The notes: generated by a model from the letters alone, not told the origin. A stretch of 63,862 bases of DNA, filler included, from Octopus bimaculoides (GCF_001194135.2; 5 parts of 5 records of this genome joined end to end with filler, not necessarily neighbours in it); one strand, 5' to 3'; positions 39,064-52,627 are shown, counted from the first letter of the whole stretch. A program made the numbers and translations.

Positions 39064-39164
39064 CTATTTCCTTCGGCAACTGTCACAAGGTTAGATTTGC
39101 TAGTAGCTACAGCAATTTTGGTAAGGGCTTCAATCAAATAGTCACTGTGAAGTATTAAGTCACC
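39064..39164 (-). CDS. Exon (101 nt, phase 0/2): GDLILHSDYLIEALTKIAVATSKSNLVTVAEGN
   Basis: Acceptor ttatttttttatcAG, donor AG|gtaaga, open frame, phases match both neighbours. Confidence 0.82.
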
Positions 39165-40097
39165 CTGATAAAAAAATAAAAATTATTCCAAGTCATAAAC
39201 TTGGTAATAAATGTGAAATAATTAATATACTACTGTGGCGTTTTAGTTATAATTAAGTTGTCTATGGCAAGTCGACTTATTTCATTATGAGGAATTGAAG
39301 GAGTTTTGTAAGTGCAGAAATTTAGAACTGCGTGCCGTTTTTATCAAAACCAACAGTTATTTTCTGTATAAGGCTGCATGGAAAAGAAGTAGTGTATAAA
39401 TTTAGTGTAATAAAACTAAATGAAAAAGAAATTTGATTAGGAACTGAAAAGATCCAGACATACAGCTTGTAGATACATGCCAAATTTAATGACTTGATTT
39501 CTTTTGAGTTACAAATGCAAGTTTATCTTTCAAATTGAATTAATTATCTTATTTGATACTGGAATTTTTATTTACTGCAGAAAGATGAAAGAGTCACTCT
39601 TTTGAATGGGAATAAACAGTAATTGGAGTATTATTAAACACTGCCGATTTCAAAAGGGCACCTATGTGGTCATTCAACCTGCTTTAATTAACTGTCAAAA
39701 CCCATTTGTTTTACACAACCATCTTAAAAGGGGATGACTATGACTTAAATGCTGGTCAAATGATGTATGTTTGTTACACAGAAACACCTGCAAAAATATG
39801 AGTAGACATCATCAGAACACAAAACTAAACATGAAACAAACCATAACATTTTCTAAAGCAATGTTTTCAAAAAAATATTCACACAAATACAAACAACACT
39901 ATTTACAAAACTTCTACATAAATACACAATGTTAACAACAACAAAAATACTATATACTGTTATTTTCTCCTATTTTAACGTCACAAAATTCGATCATTAA
40001 TTTAACACCTGCTTATTTCCTGCTAGTATGGATTTGATGCGGATTTATCTGAAGCAGAATTTTATGACCAGAAGCTCTTCCTGTTACCATATCTTAC

Positions 40098-40189
40098 CTG
40101 TTTTTCAACTAAGAAATTGTTTATTTCACAGGTCTTTGAAAGCACAGACAGACCAAATGTAATATCATCAAGGAACGTATACATCAACA
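40098..40189 (-). CDS. Exon (92 nt, phase 1/0): (V)LMYTFLDDITFGLSVLSKTCEINNFLVEKQ
   Basis: Donor CAG|gtaaga; tandem AAG/CAG acceptor (the alternative start is 40192); joins the 39164 exon in frame. Confidence 0.7.
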
Positions 40190-40949
40190 CTGCTTCATTC
40201 AAACAGTAGCAAGCATGGAATATCAACATATACACACACACACACACACACATATGTATACACACAGAGACACATATATTATGAGCTTCCTACAGTTTCC
40301 ATCTACTACAAAGCATTGATGGGCTTAGGGCTATAGTGTAAGAATGCTTGTCTAAGGTGCTGTACAATGGGATCCAGGACAAGAAAGCATTTAAAAAATG
40401 TCATAAGTTTACTCACAGAGTTAAACTTTGTAAACAATACAGAAAAAGTTTAAAATACCAAACTAAAAAAGTAATAACTACAAGTATTATGAAACTATTA
40501 TTGTTAGTTCAAGAAATATTTTAACATGCACAATGTAGGATACCTCAAATTTCTAATTATATTCTGATGTACATAGTATGGAGTATATTAATATAATAAA
40601 CACATATACCACTACCAACCTCACAAACCTTCCCACCAGATTACATATTCTAACTGCAGTACTTTAACAACATCTTCCAAATAACATAACTGAAGAAGAC
40701 TTCAATGTACTCCACAAAACTTGGTTTTCAAATAATACAAATAATACATGAGGTGACAATAGTATTCATACAAAACTCTTCTTAAATCCTAAACAACCCA
40801 CACTGACACAAGCACATATATCTCACTAAGCTAACTACAGCAACTCTCTATGTGTCACCTTCTGCTCCACAAACCTTGCTATCTAACAATTTCCTAACTC
40901 ATTATCAATCACAGCTACATATCAATATAAAAAGTAAAACTACTCTTAC

Positions 40950-41140
40950 AAAGTTAAAAAAAGCCCAAAGTTTATGCTACACAACTTGGCCTAATTTTTT
41001 TTAATCATGCACACAACCACATATGTAGATAACATCACATTCATGTCCTTCAATATTCTCCAGCCACAACTATACAACTACTTCAACCCTCCAGCTATAA
41101 CCTTGATACCTAATTTCAAACTTAAAGCAATACCAACTAA
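40950..41140 (+). mobile_element. Very old LINE RT remnant
   Basis: TYVDNITFMS...LQPQLYNY...FKLKAIPTKC resembles RT motifs YxDD...L..N..KC. Confidence 0.35.
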
Positions 41141-41143
41141 ATG

Positions 41144-41176
<33 letters not shown>

Positions 41177-43409
41177 ACAACAGTACCAAAGTACATCAAA
41201 ATGCAACAAGCCCTCATACCCAACAACATAAACATACAACACATACACAGGACAATAATATAAGGAGTTACATAGAATACTTCCAGAAGATTCACAACAT
41301 GCACAGAAGAGATAGTAAAGAAAGCAAAATTATACACAAACATACTTAGAACACTCACAGGCACAACATTTGGTTAATAGAAACAAACAGCAACGCAGGT
41401 ATTTAAACAATACATTAAATTCATTACAAATTAGGCTAACCCTATATGGGCTGCCAATCTCTACATCATAAACTACAAAATATACCAACAAATATTGCTA
41501 ATTATAAAAAGTTGTACAGAGATCACACTCACAATGAAGTACCACCTAGATATGTGAACGGTACAATTTGTTGCTGTGGCAAACTTCAACCCTTACAGAT
41601 CCTTGCCACTACATACAAAATTAACTCAAAACAACCAGTCACATATACAGCATGGCAAAACATTAAAAGAGCAGTAATGAGCCAATAAGGGGGTCTTTAC
41701 AAGGTGGTTTGACCTGGAAGAAATATAGATATATCTCCTTTAAATCATAGCCCACTATCTTTAAAAAGAAAGGCACCCTGTATAAAGTGGTCTTCTGAAA
41801 AAAATGGGATGGTCACAACCAGAATGTTTTTGATCACAGGTCTCCTGGATCAGAGTTGACCTGTGATTACAAAGTAGCTAGAACAGTATCATAAAATCAT
41901 TATCTCTACCACTTAGCTCAGTCAAACATAAAAAAAAAGCATATATACATATAAATGCTTGCAGTATCAAAAGCCTCACTAACTGCAATCATTGCTGCAA
42001 TACACACCACCAACAATAAATGCAAAGAAACAACAGCTGTCATGCTCTGACCAAGCCTAATTTGCCTGCCTTAACTGTCACTACTGTCTGAATCTGGAGG
42101 CATACAAAACCAGGCTGGACAATAGAGTAGTTACATGCCCTGACTGTCACAGGGCAGCTTACATAATTCCTTACTGTATGGCCTTTAGCTAGATAGGTGG
42201 GCGTAATATAACTAGAAGGACAGCTTTGGGATTGTCTTGTCATTTGGTTGATTACCTGCATACCATAGAGCTGCTGGATCAGAGCTAACGTGGAGCTACG
42301 TAACAACAAAAATGTTCTTAAAAGTATCTTTTACAGCTACTAAGAGACACATAGTTGTTATATTGAGCAACTGGAACAGCTACTTATATCTCTCAGATTA
42401 TCAAATGTTCTGGTGACAATAGGAAACCAAGACATAAGTTACTCCAAAACTAACTTCATCTACTGAGTAATGCTAGAAATACTTTTACAACAGTTCAGAA
42501 AACTCATTTTAGTTATTATTATATTACAAAGTTTTTTTTAAAAATCAGCTTTAAAAGAAAATTAAGAAGACATAGCAATAATCAGATTGTACATTTCAAT
42601 TACCATTTAATGACACAAAATGAGATATAAAAGAAACAAGCGTACAAAGGCAAACAAGTGAAAATGATTAAAAAAAAATCATGAGAAATAACTCTCAGGC
42701 AAAACATTTCAAGACTATCAGAAAAGCAAATATGGAAAAATGTTAAAGATTATTAGATTTGGTTTTAAATGCGGAAAGACAACATATCTATTTTATTTTC
42801 ATGTTTTTCATCATTGATTTTTAACTAGTTTATACATTTAAAAAAATTCTTATATAACAAAATACACAGTGTTGCCCAGGCTGGAAAGTAGCTGATAGTG
42901 GCCCAGAATTATTTTTAATGAAGGTATATTCAGTCGAATAGAAAACCATTGCATTTCTCTAGAAAAGTTATCTTTCAAACAAGAAATGAATCTGCTTTCC
43001 ATTATGTTTGTAACAGTCCAGTGTCTGATATATTTTATAGTTCAGTTATGTATTTGACATACATCTAAATCAAACATATTAGATAAGAACACAGAATTAA
43101 CAAAATTTGAAAACAATTTCATTTCATTTGAAATTATTATTAAACATAATATATTATCTTTTATTCTTAATGCTAAATTCTTAAAATCATTTGAAAAATA
43201 AGCAAAAATCTAGAGTGTTGGGAGGTAAAGCATCTATGGAAATAAAACTATTATCATCTGCAACAACAAGTACACTCAGAGCAAACCCATACATCTAAAT
43301 TGTGGGACTGCAATACATGCAATGATAAAGAAATGGCATCAACAGCTGTGATGAGTCTCAGCTTATATGATAAACGTGTACTCTTCATAACCTTGGCACT
43401 TCTCAACAC

Positions 43410-44590
43410 TGTCATGTCAACACCTCACAATATATTTTTGATTTTACCAACAGGAGCATAAATAAAAAGATTATGGGGCTTCCAGTTATTGAACATTACA
43501 CATAAAGTTGGCAGTATTCCTCAAAAGTATCCTAAATAAAACAAAGCAGTATTCTTCAAGAAGCAGTTTAGCATCAGAGATTTATTGATTGACATAGCAG
43601 TTTAGCTGTTTTAGAAACTGAAGTCTCCTAAACTGAAAGGCAGATCTGTTGGTATAAATGAAATTTCTGAGAGTAATCGCATCCTCTCCTTTGATGCACT
43701 CAATGAGAAAAGATTTGCCAATGGCATGTAGCATTAGCCATTTTCTTAACCACTAGTCTTGTGCCACTGCATAGTCAGAGCTGATATAAATTAGGCAGTA
43801 GTATTATTGGAGATTCTCTTTTGAGCTGAAATGAGTGTGACGACAAAAACCTAAAGGTCCCAATGAATTGAAAAATTTCACAGGATAATAGCTATGGCTG
43901 TTTCCTAGATGTGCCTGCAGCAGCTCCCAGTTAATGCTGTTAATTCAAGCATTTTTTTTTTTGCACAATGACTCATAGGTTAGCTAATGAATGATGTTGC
44001 AAGTTGAGGAGTACCTTCAATGTCAATTGATCAACTGCTTGAATCAATACAATTATGGGAGCTAAATTTATGGTGTCAGTACTACACAAAAATAAATCTC
44101 CTCTCCCCAACATGTAATAAATTTTTGGCATTAAAAAGATGGATCTCATGTTTGTAGATAGTTTGATGATCTTAACTTTGGTCCAAAGTGATGACAATTT
44201 AAAGGTAAACTTAGATTTCATTGCTCTTGATTCTTTTGGAATTACTGGCAGAGTTTGATGAAAGTTATCTGACAATGTTACTGCTACCCCACCCAGTTGA
44301 AATCTATTGCTAAACACATCCTCTAGAACTCTTTTGTAAGTCATTGTGTATTCATCTCAGACAATCATTTGGTATCTTTTAAGAACTTATTCAGTTCCTG
44401 AATTCTTGGTAAAGTTACAAAGAAAGTTATCATTTGCATCCAAATCCAGGATGATTTTGGAATCAGAAATGTGCTGTATGGTCTAGAAGAAGGAGTATAT
44501 TAGCAATACTTGAAGAAACATGTGCAATAGCTATGCCTTTATATCAACAAACATTGGCAAGTACAAAATAAAGAAGAAAATAAAAGATGT
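43410..44590 (-). mobile_element. Helitron PIF1-like helicase remnant (stops and frameshifts)
   Basis: Ordered motifs IAIAHVSSSIA..., IV*DEYTM, GGVAVTLSDNFHQTLPVIP, LWTKVKIIKLSTNMR, YPVKFFNSL, LCSGTRLVVKKM, AMSINKS, QLYV*CS, NLFIYAPVGKIKNI. Confidence 0.88.
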
Positions 44591-45513
44591 CTAAAATGAT
44601 CATGTTCATCCACTGGTGACCAATGAAGACAATGATTTAAACCATATGGTATCTCAACAGGGGAGCAGGGAATCACAACTGCTCCAGCTAATATACACAT
44701 TCTGTGCACCTGAAGCCATGGAAGTGGTAGCGTTTCATTGTGGCAAACATATACCTCCATTGCATACATGAAAGGTTGGTTAGTTGTGGTTTGAAAAAGT
44801 ATCAATCATCAATAAAGACTATGATTGACTACACAGCACTTCATCAAAAGATGCAATGGCATGATGTAAGGGCAGAAGATTATGACTGACCTCACCTGTA
44901 CTACACCTTCCATGAACCTGAAGCTATGCAACTGGTTGTAATACATAGTTCCAAATTTGCAATACCACCATGGTCTCAATGAGAGATCTTCAGTCTATGG
45001 CTCCAAGAAGCTTTGGCCATCAGTAATAAATGAAAACTCTGACTGTGTAGCACTTCAACAAGCGACACAGTAATGTTGGGGAAAGAAAACTGCAACTGTT
45101 CCTGCCTATACTATACCTTCCATGTGCCTGAAACTATGTAAGAAGTGATATTTTATTATTACAGATGTAAACCACAACAAGACTATCTAATTCTTAGTTG
45201 GAGGTCTGTCAATTATGATTCATGTAGTCTTACTCATTAGAGACAGATGCTGAACTAGTGCAAGGATTTTTAAAGTGAGAAAGAGCTGTGTGCACACTAG
45301 ACACACTCTCTTGTTTTCTCACGATATACTCAGTGGCAACATAAATTCAAGGCAGTTAAACTTGTATGAGAATACAGGAAATTGCTAAAGTGACAATGAA
45401 TCTCCAGAGTTTGCAGTACCTTCTAATATGGTGTGTGTCATGACCATAAAACATCATTCTAGATGTTTTCTCTACAACATGTATTCTAACCCAGCATTAT
45501 GGTATGTTGTCAC

Positions 45514-45620
45514 CTGCAGGGTGTCCAAAATCCCCCTCTTCATCAAGCAAATTTTGTGAGGTTAGCCCAACCAAGTGCATTATTTGGGGCAATTTATAAT
45601 GTCCCAGTAAATAAAGTTTT
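45514..45620 (-). CDS. Possible upstream exon of the minus-strand gene (...LVGLTSQNLLDEEGDFGHPA), 5' boundary unknown
   Basis: Donor GCAG|gtgaca in phase 1 fits the 40189 exon; frame open to 45742; no strong acceptor. Confidence 0.35.
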
Positions 45621-46412
45621 TGTTTTCCCATTTGGTGCATAGATGTAAAGATTTTTCTTAGCTTGCTGCTGATGTTTTGTGAGGGTCTTTTGATTCTGTC
45701 ACCCCGATAAAATTCCTCATACACATGCACACACACACACACACACTCACACAGAGTGAGTGATATACATGTACAGAGAGAAAGAATGAGAGAGAGAATA
45801 TGATAAATATATACAGAGATGGGGAAGTTTACAGTGAGAAAAGTGTAAAAGACAGAGAGAAATATATACAGAGAGAAATTTCTTCTGTTGCTGTCACAGA
45901 TTTTGAAATCTGAAAATTAAGTGAAAATTTTCAAATTTGGTTAATTGGTGTGATTCCTTTCTGGAAAAATTTTAGTAAAGTGTTGCAGAGGTTTAAAGTT
46001 TGATAATTTTTACCCAATCAGAAAACAGGATTTGGAAAGCTAGTATTTTCTGAATGAGAGCTGTCTATCACAAAATGAAAGCAAAAATATTGATGATGAA
46101 GTTTTAAACAAAACAAAAGGAAAACATCATTCAAAGTTGTGAGAAGTCTTAATAAATTTTAATGAATAAAGTCATGTGAAATAGTTTTAAAGAATAAAGT
46201 CATGTAAATAATGTACATAGAGATAGAAAGACACTCTCAATATTGCATTACATGTAGTATCTAGAGGGAGAAGAGGAGCAGCATGCATAAGAAGTGTATA
46301 NNNNNNNNNNNNNNNNNNNNNNNNNNNNNNNNNNNNNNNNNNNNTTAATTAATTAANNNNNNNNNNNNNNNNNNNNNNNNNNNNNNNNNNNNNNNNNNNN
46401 TAATAATAATAA

Positions 46413-46505
46413 CACCTACATGAACTTCTAACTTGTTGTCTCTTGAGGTCTCTGGGTGAGACTTGGATCCAACTTGTACAAATGCAAAACAAAAGTCAAA
46501 CATAA

Positions 46506-46555
<50 letters not shown>
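46413..46555 (+). mobile_element. Severely 5'-truncated copy of the R4/Dong-like LINE 3' end within (TAA)n
   Basis: tgaacttctaacttgttgtctcttgaggtctctgggtgaga is shared with about 7473-7513; TAA repeats on both sides. Confidence 0.8.
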
Positions 46556-46556
<1 letters not shown>

Positions 46557-47652
46557 CCTTTCTACTGGAAGCTCTAGGCCTCAAATTTGGGGGAAGGGAC
46601 GACCCCGAAAGTGTGCACACTTATATTTGTATAAATATATACGTATATGTGCGTATGCATGTATGCATGCATATATGTATGTAAGCGTTTGTCTGTTTAC
46701 CTGTGCATGTGTGTATGTGTGAGTGTGTATGTGCGAAGCAATGACTAGGCACACATAACGAGAACAGCTTAAATGTCAAATTTATAGAAGGCAATGTGTG
46801 ATATTGAGAAAGGGAGAGAGAGTGAGGGGGAAGGGAGATTAAAGTATAGAGCGGAAGGAGTAACCATTGTGCGTGTGTCGCTGCAAGTGACTGGCGCATG
46901 TCTCTTACTCAAACAGAAAGGCCTGTTAAGCGGCGATATCTGAAAGGTAACTAGGTGTACAAGGCAGAAGTTTTTACACATGCATAAAAACGCGCACACA
47001 CACTCCTATACAGGCACAGCGGAAGACCAGACTCAGCTCGGCTGTAATACTGTGTTGTACTTTATGCAGATGAGGGGATCGAAAAGCTGATGGTACGGTT
47101 AGGGATTTCATAACAGTGATTCTTTACCCTTAAACTAAGTTTCAGAAAAAGGTAATAAGGGGACATGAGCCGTCATTAATGAGATTTAAGTTAATTACGC
47201 CGAGGACTTGCCTATATGTGTATGTCTGTGTGTTTCTGAGTTCGAGGGCGGGTGGGTGTACTTACACATACACATACACAAACACACACACACGCACGCA
47301 CACGCACACACACGCAAACACACACACACACATACACACACACATATAGAACACAAATGGGGCTTAGAATTTCCGACAGTTGTTTCGGTAGAATTTCATT
47401 GATGCATTCATATATTACATCGTAGCATACAATCCACTATCTTCAGGTAAAATTCTAAACACCCATTCACCCTGAGTCGGATCTAAGGTTTAAAATGGAT
47501 TTGGTACTTACATATCAACAGTAGCCTACCAATACACGATACCATCATTGTTGTTTTACCTTCACTGTGAACCCTATGTTATGGTACGTAGCCATTTGTG
47601 GCGACCTACATGTTGATGTGCCTAAATTCTATTGAATCCTATAATTAGCCTC

Positions 47653-47702
<50 letters not shown>

Positions 47703-48177
47703 GTAGTGCGTGTGTGTACGCACGTGTATTTGTATGAGTGAGTGTTCACACGCATAACACACACACAAATTCAAATATGTGCATGTATATAAACATAATG
47801 CTGGTGTTGTATCTAAGACGTTCAACAATGATAAGTGTGTGAGCCGATAAACTGCATTCTGTGTTTCTGAATGAAAGAGTAAGTGGCTGAGTACATCACG
47901 AGTATAAGTGTCTTCATCTAATCTTCAGGCACCAGCACTTGATATTGTGAATTAAAAGACTGTATCTTTCGAATTATGACTTTGTACAGATTTGCTTCAA
48001 CACCTCAATATTCGCAAAGAGTGTGACTCGGGTAGACAGAATAACACTTACTCAGTGCATCAAATCTGGGGTTACGTGGTTGTGAAATGAATTTCTTAAT
48101 CTTAATGCGACTGCTAGAATTACGTTTGTGTAGGTCAGTGTGAGACGTCTATGAGTATGTCTATATGTATGAGCATA

Positions 48178-48370
48178 TACGAGGGTACCCAAAAGTAACC
48201 GAAAACGTTCTCTGATGAGCTTCTAGATCCTAAGGACCTTCCAGTCCAGAGAATAATATGTAATTATGCCTTTTAAAGGGAATCTGGACAAATTTCTTCA
48301 AGGAATACCAGATAAGCCACCTATACCTCGATACAACTAACTCAACAAGAACTCGAATGGACCATGATAT
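48178..48370 (+). mobile_element. Mariner-like terminal fragment (tacgagggtacccaaaagtaacc) abutting a CR1/L2-group LINE 3' end
   Basis: TACGAGGG is a common mariner TIR start; the downstream frame FKGNLDKFLQGIPDKPPIPRY resembles CR1-group C-termini. Confidence 0.45.
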
Positions 48371-48645
48371 CACAAAACTTGACTTAAAAAGGATTTAGCT
48401 AATCCTATCAGGTGGTGCTANNNNNNNNNNTATATATATATATTATATATATATCTGTATATATATATACACGTTTATGTGTATATGTATTTATATATTG
48501 TACATATAGATACATACATGCGCACATATACACGTATATTTATAGACATACATATATCTTTATGCATGTGTTTATTTACATGTGTGTATACGCGTGTGCG
48601 TATATATATAAACATGTACACAAACACACTCACCCAACTATATAT

Positions 48646-48696
<51 letters not shown>

Positions 48697-49205
48697 CATA
48701 CATATCTGTATACATGCCATAAGGTCCGATGTCGTGGCACATTATACAGGGGTTGGGGGGAACATGTGCGTACCGATATACCATGGAAGATGGCCACGTG
48801 TCGGGGTGAAGACTTCGTGACACTGCCGTACGCCGGGTGTTGATGATAAGGAATGAGTTGGTGAGGGAATGTAGAAATATGTGTGCATGTATCAGTGTTT
48901 GTATATAAAGGTATTTTTACATGTGGGTGTATGTGTGTGCATCTGTATATATGTATATATATGTATATATATGTATATATGTATGCATGTATGTATGTAT
49001 GTATGTATGTATGTATGTATGTATGTATGTATGTATGTAGGTAGGTAGGTAGGTAGGTATAAGCACACAGGGCACGCGCCGAGAGTAAATAGTGATGAGA
49101 CGCTGTGAGCATTAATGAAGTAAATTCCCTATAAAACACCTCATCATAATATAAAGTGTACAATATACGTATATATTTGTCTATTTGAGCACGTGAATCC
49201 ATACA

Positions 49206-49260
<55 letters not shown>

Positions 49261-51269
49261 ATATATCTATATATATCTTTTTATGTAAATGATCGCTGTG
49301 AATAGAGATAGAGAGTGACTGGGAATTTTAATAAAAATTCGTACAATTTTTATCAAAAGTTTAAACTGTGAGTCACTCTAATTTTACAGGTTTGCTGCTC
49401 TGTGATAAACTTGGATAACAAAATGTCCAGTGTAAAGTAAAGCTATCCAAATAATTAAGATGCACCAAACGATCCATACAGACTGTAAATCCGGGATTAT
49501 TCTCCAATCAGTCGGTTGGTATGTTAATACCATTTTGTAATAGCGATCAGTCAAACAATGAAGAGTTATAATTTTTCATAACTTTTTTCACATACGAATA
49601 TTTGAATAACTTGAGGAATTGTATCCCCACCCCGTACATTGGCTTGTATTCATAACCAGTCAATTAATTAATCAACTAATCAATTAATTCATTATAATGG
49701 CACAATAGGTTCTCAATTAATTCAAAATAATGAAACAGTATGTTCTCAATAATTCTGTTTAATACTTAAATATTATGGCAGATTTTCAGAATCTGTGACA
49801 AACAAAATTTATGGAAGTGAGACAGGAGATTCCAGACATTAAATTACATTTCTTGATTTATAATATGCTTGCTAAATTCATAGTCCGGAGAGATCAAGAT
49901 GTCAAGTGTTGAATATTTTAGTTTCTGAGAACACAGCTAAGGGAAAATAATTACTCTCTAATTAGTTTATTTGCCGATCACTTTGGTGTAGTGATGTGTA
50001 TAAAGTAAGTTGAGGAAGAGGAGTCCGGAGAATGTCGACAGAATGCGTAGCTGTAGTAAGTATAATATATAAGCTAATTATCCGCTTCTCTATTCCTTTC
50101 GACACAGTGGATTCAGCTGAATATAAAATTAAACTGAGTTATATTTGTTGCAATGTTTAAGGATTATATTAAAAATTACGGAGATGTACTTGCATAGCAA
50201 GTGACCTGATCTGACATCCTGTGCTAGAACGAAAACAATTGCAGCGTGGAAGGTGTTTATAAGCCATTTAAAAACAACACAAAAGCCGTTTGGCAAATTG
50301 AATTTAAATGTTGAAATGAATCTAACGGTTTTTTTGTGTGTTATTAACAATTTAAAAGTAAATAAATGAATACTTAATATATTATCAAATAGTGACTAAA
50401 TTAAGAATACTTTATGATAAAAGAAAGAATATCCAATTATGTAATGTATGCATTAATTTTATTTATTTATGTCTAAGTAAATTGGTCAGGTGGAATTTTT
50501 GTGTGGTATTTTAAAAATGTATTGTTAAATAAAGGAGAGCAATGCATTAAGAGTTCGTTACGCTTGTTAATTAACTTATACAAGCAATTCTATTCCTATA
50601 CTCATTATTAAAATCATTTGTACTACTATGATTACTATTAATTTTTTATGCGTCGGCGAACGTATTTTTTTGTTCCTGGGAGTTTTCATAGCATTTATGT
50701 CTGAAATACACCAGAATCTCTCAATATATCCTGTCGAAGCTGAAGCGGCGTCATAATATCCCACATTCGGCAAGAAAAGCTGCCTGTTAACTGAAAGTTT
50801 TGAAATTATTAAATGAGTTACTACTAACTATGAAATCAATCACAACTCTTGGATGGTTGAATGTTTGATTGATGCTATGGAAATTTTCCTTACATTTATG
50901 GTACGAATGATAAATTCCAGTACCATGGTCTAATATAGCGTCTAGAAAGTTCACTATATTATATTCCTTAATTAAGGAGATAGGAAGTCCAAAGTTTTTA
51001 AAAAGTGTTTCAAGTTTTTTTTTCTAATTCCTCTCTAATCCTGCTTTACTACATTTATAGAATGTGAAAATATCGTCGTTTCTATAGAGGCCACCCCTAT
51101 CCCAGCGAAATTCAAGGAAAAATATAATAATTCCAAGGACGGTGACTTCTGCTGAGTTACTCGAATCCGTCGTTATGATATAAGTAAGAGCATTAACACA
51201 CTGATTATTAAAATGAGGGATAGTGAAACAAATAGTAGAGATTAATTCCGAGATACATCGCATAGATGC

Positions 51270-51745
51270 TCTGGGATGCATCATCAGAAATTCTTCTGGG
51301 ATTTCAAGGGGGTTTTGGGTTTCTCAATATCAGACCTCCTCACCCAGTTGATCAACCCCCGACTGAAGAACCAGCAAATCACTTATCTTTCTTCTTTATC
51401 CAAAGCCATCGAATGATCTTCTCTGCAACTTCAGTGATGGAACGTTGGAATGTATGCCCCCCCCCCCCGTATTGCTGCACCAGTTACCCCAAACTTCAGA
51501 CAGAGCTTTGCAGAATAAACGCCCCACAAATCTTCGAAGTCCCAATTTTATTAGCTCGCAACGTACCTGCTGCCATCCCCGATTTCTGCACTGCTCCAAT
51601 GGAATTTGGCAAGCTTCCTCTCATGAGCTTTTTCTGTGTATTCTTCCCAGGGCACAGTCACTTCCCACATGGTCACCTTTTTAGTGAAATCTGAGACAAT
51701 CCCTATGTCAAGGCAGAGAGTTGTCTTGGTAGATACATGCAAAGT
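51270..51745 (-). mobile_element. Hero/R2-group RLE non-LTR retrotransposon 3' fragment
   Basis: DIGIVSDFTKKVTMWEVTVPWEEYTEKAHERKLAK (PD..D RLE motif), then EQCRNRGW..RCELIKLGLRRFVG..LCKA, then a Hero-like 3' UTR. Confidence 0.85.
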
Positions 51746-52251
51746 TAAAGAGTAGCTAATTTTGGAAGAAAGCCACAAACTCTATATTTACGGCTTTGTT
51801 GCAAAAATAAGCATCTCTAGCCAAGTCAATTATTAAGTACTGACTTTTGATAGAAAGAAAAAAGAGAAACGAAAAGAAAGGAAAGCAACATGAATTGCTG
51901 TGGTTTACTGATACAAGTACATTCAGGGTGTTGCAACTTAAAATATCGGGAGACCAGCGGGAATTCTATAGACACCTTTTATTGAGTTTAGACACATTTA
52001 TTCCTGCTTTTACAGACAAAGCGTTTTTTTTTTATATCACAGTACTTTTTGATATAAATTTGTTAGGATCGAAATATGAAAAAGAAGACATAATAAAAAA
52101 ACTTTTATTCAAAATCGCATTGTCACGGCTTTAAAGTTTCTGTTCGATTTCACATATTACAATGCCTCAAGCGTGTCCTATACACCACTTTGTATGTAGA
52201 TATGTTTATTTGTATACATACATGTGTGTGTATGTGTATGTACGCAGACAC

Positions 52252-52328
<77 letters not shown>

Positions 52329-52627
52329 CACATACATAAGCATATACAAAAATGCCATGTCCAAGCGCACACACACATACACGCATGCACACATTAATTT
52401 GCGTTGATTCACCCTGCAGCAATAAGTCACAGAACTCAATACACAAAAACGTAGTGTTGATATTGATTTAAGCTAAATCATTCAAACATGCCTCGAAGTT
52501 TCCAGGTGCCGTTCTTTCAGCAGACAGATTGAAACGATTACCGTTTAAATCAGAATTTAAAATATATTTTAGAATATTCCATGCAAGTATACCAGAAAAT
52601 GCTTATGCCTTAAATTTTAAAAGCTAT

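Noticed and set aside
40140-40185. FLDD in the predicted exon as an RT catalytic motif (domesticated RT)
   Set aside because: No other RT motifs in the flanking exons; a four-residue match is expected by chance.
42040-42309. 89-aa minus-strand ORF as a gene exon
   Set aside because: The opposite strand shows a decayed CPDC...YN*KDS pattern more consistent with an RLE LINE zinc-knuckle remnant; neither reading is firm.
48205-48225. CTGATGA hammerhead-core matches here, at about 55562 (minus) and in the Hero 3' UTR
   Set aside because: No correctly placed stem II, GAAA and stem III could be built.
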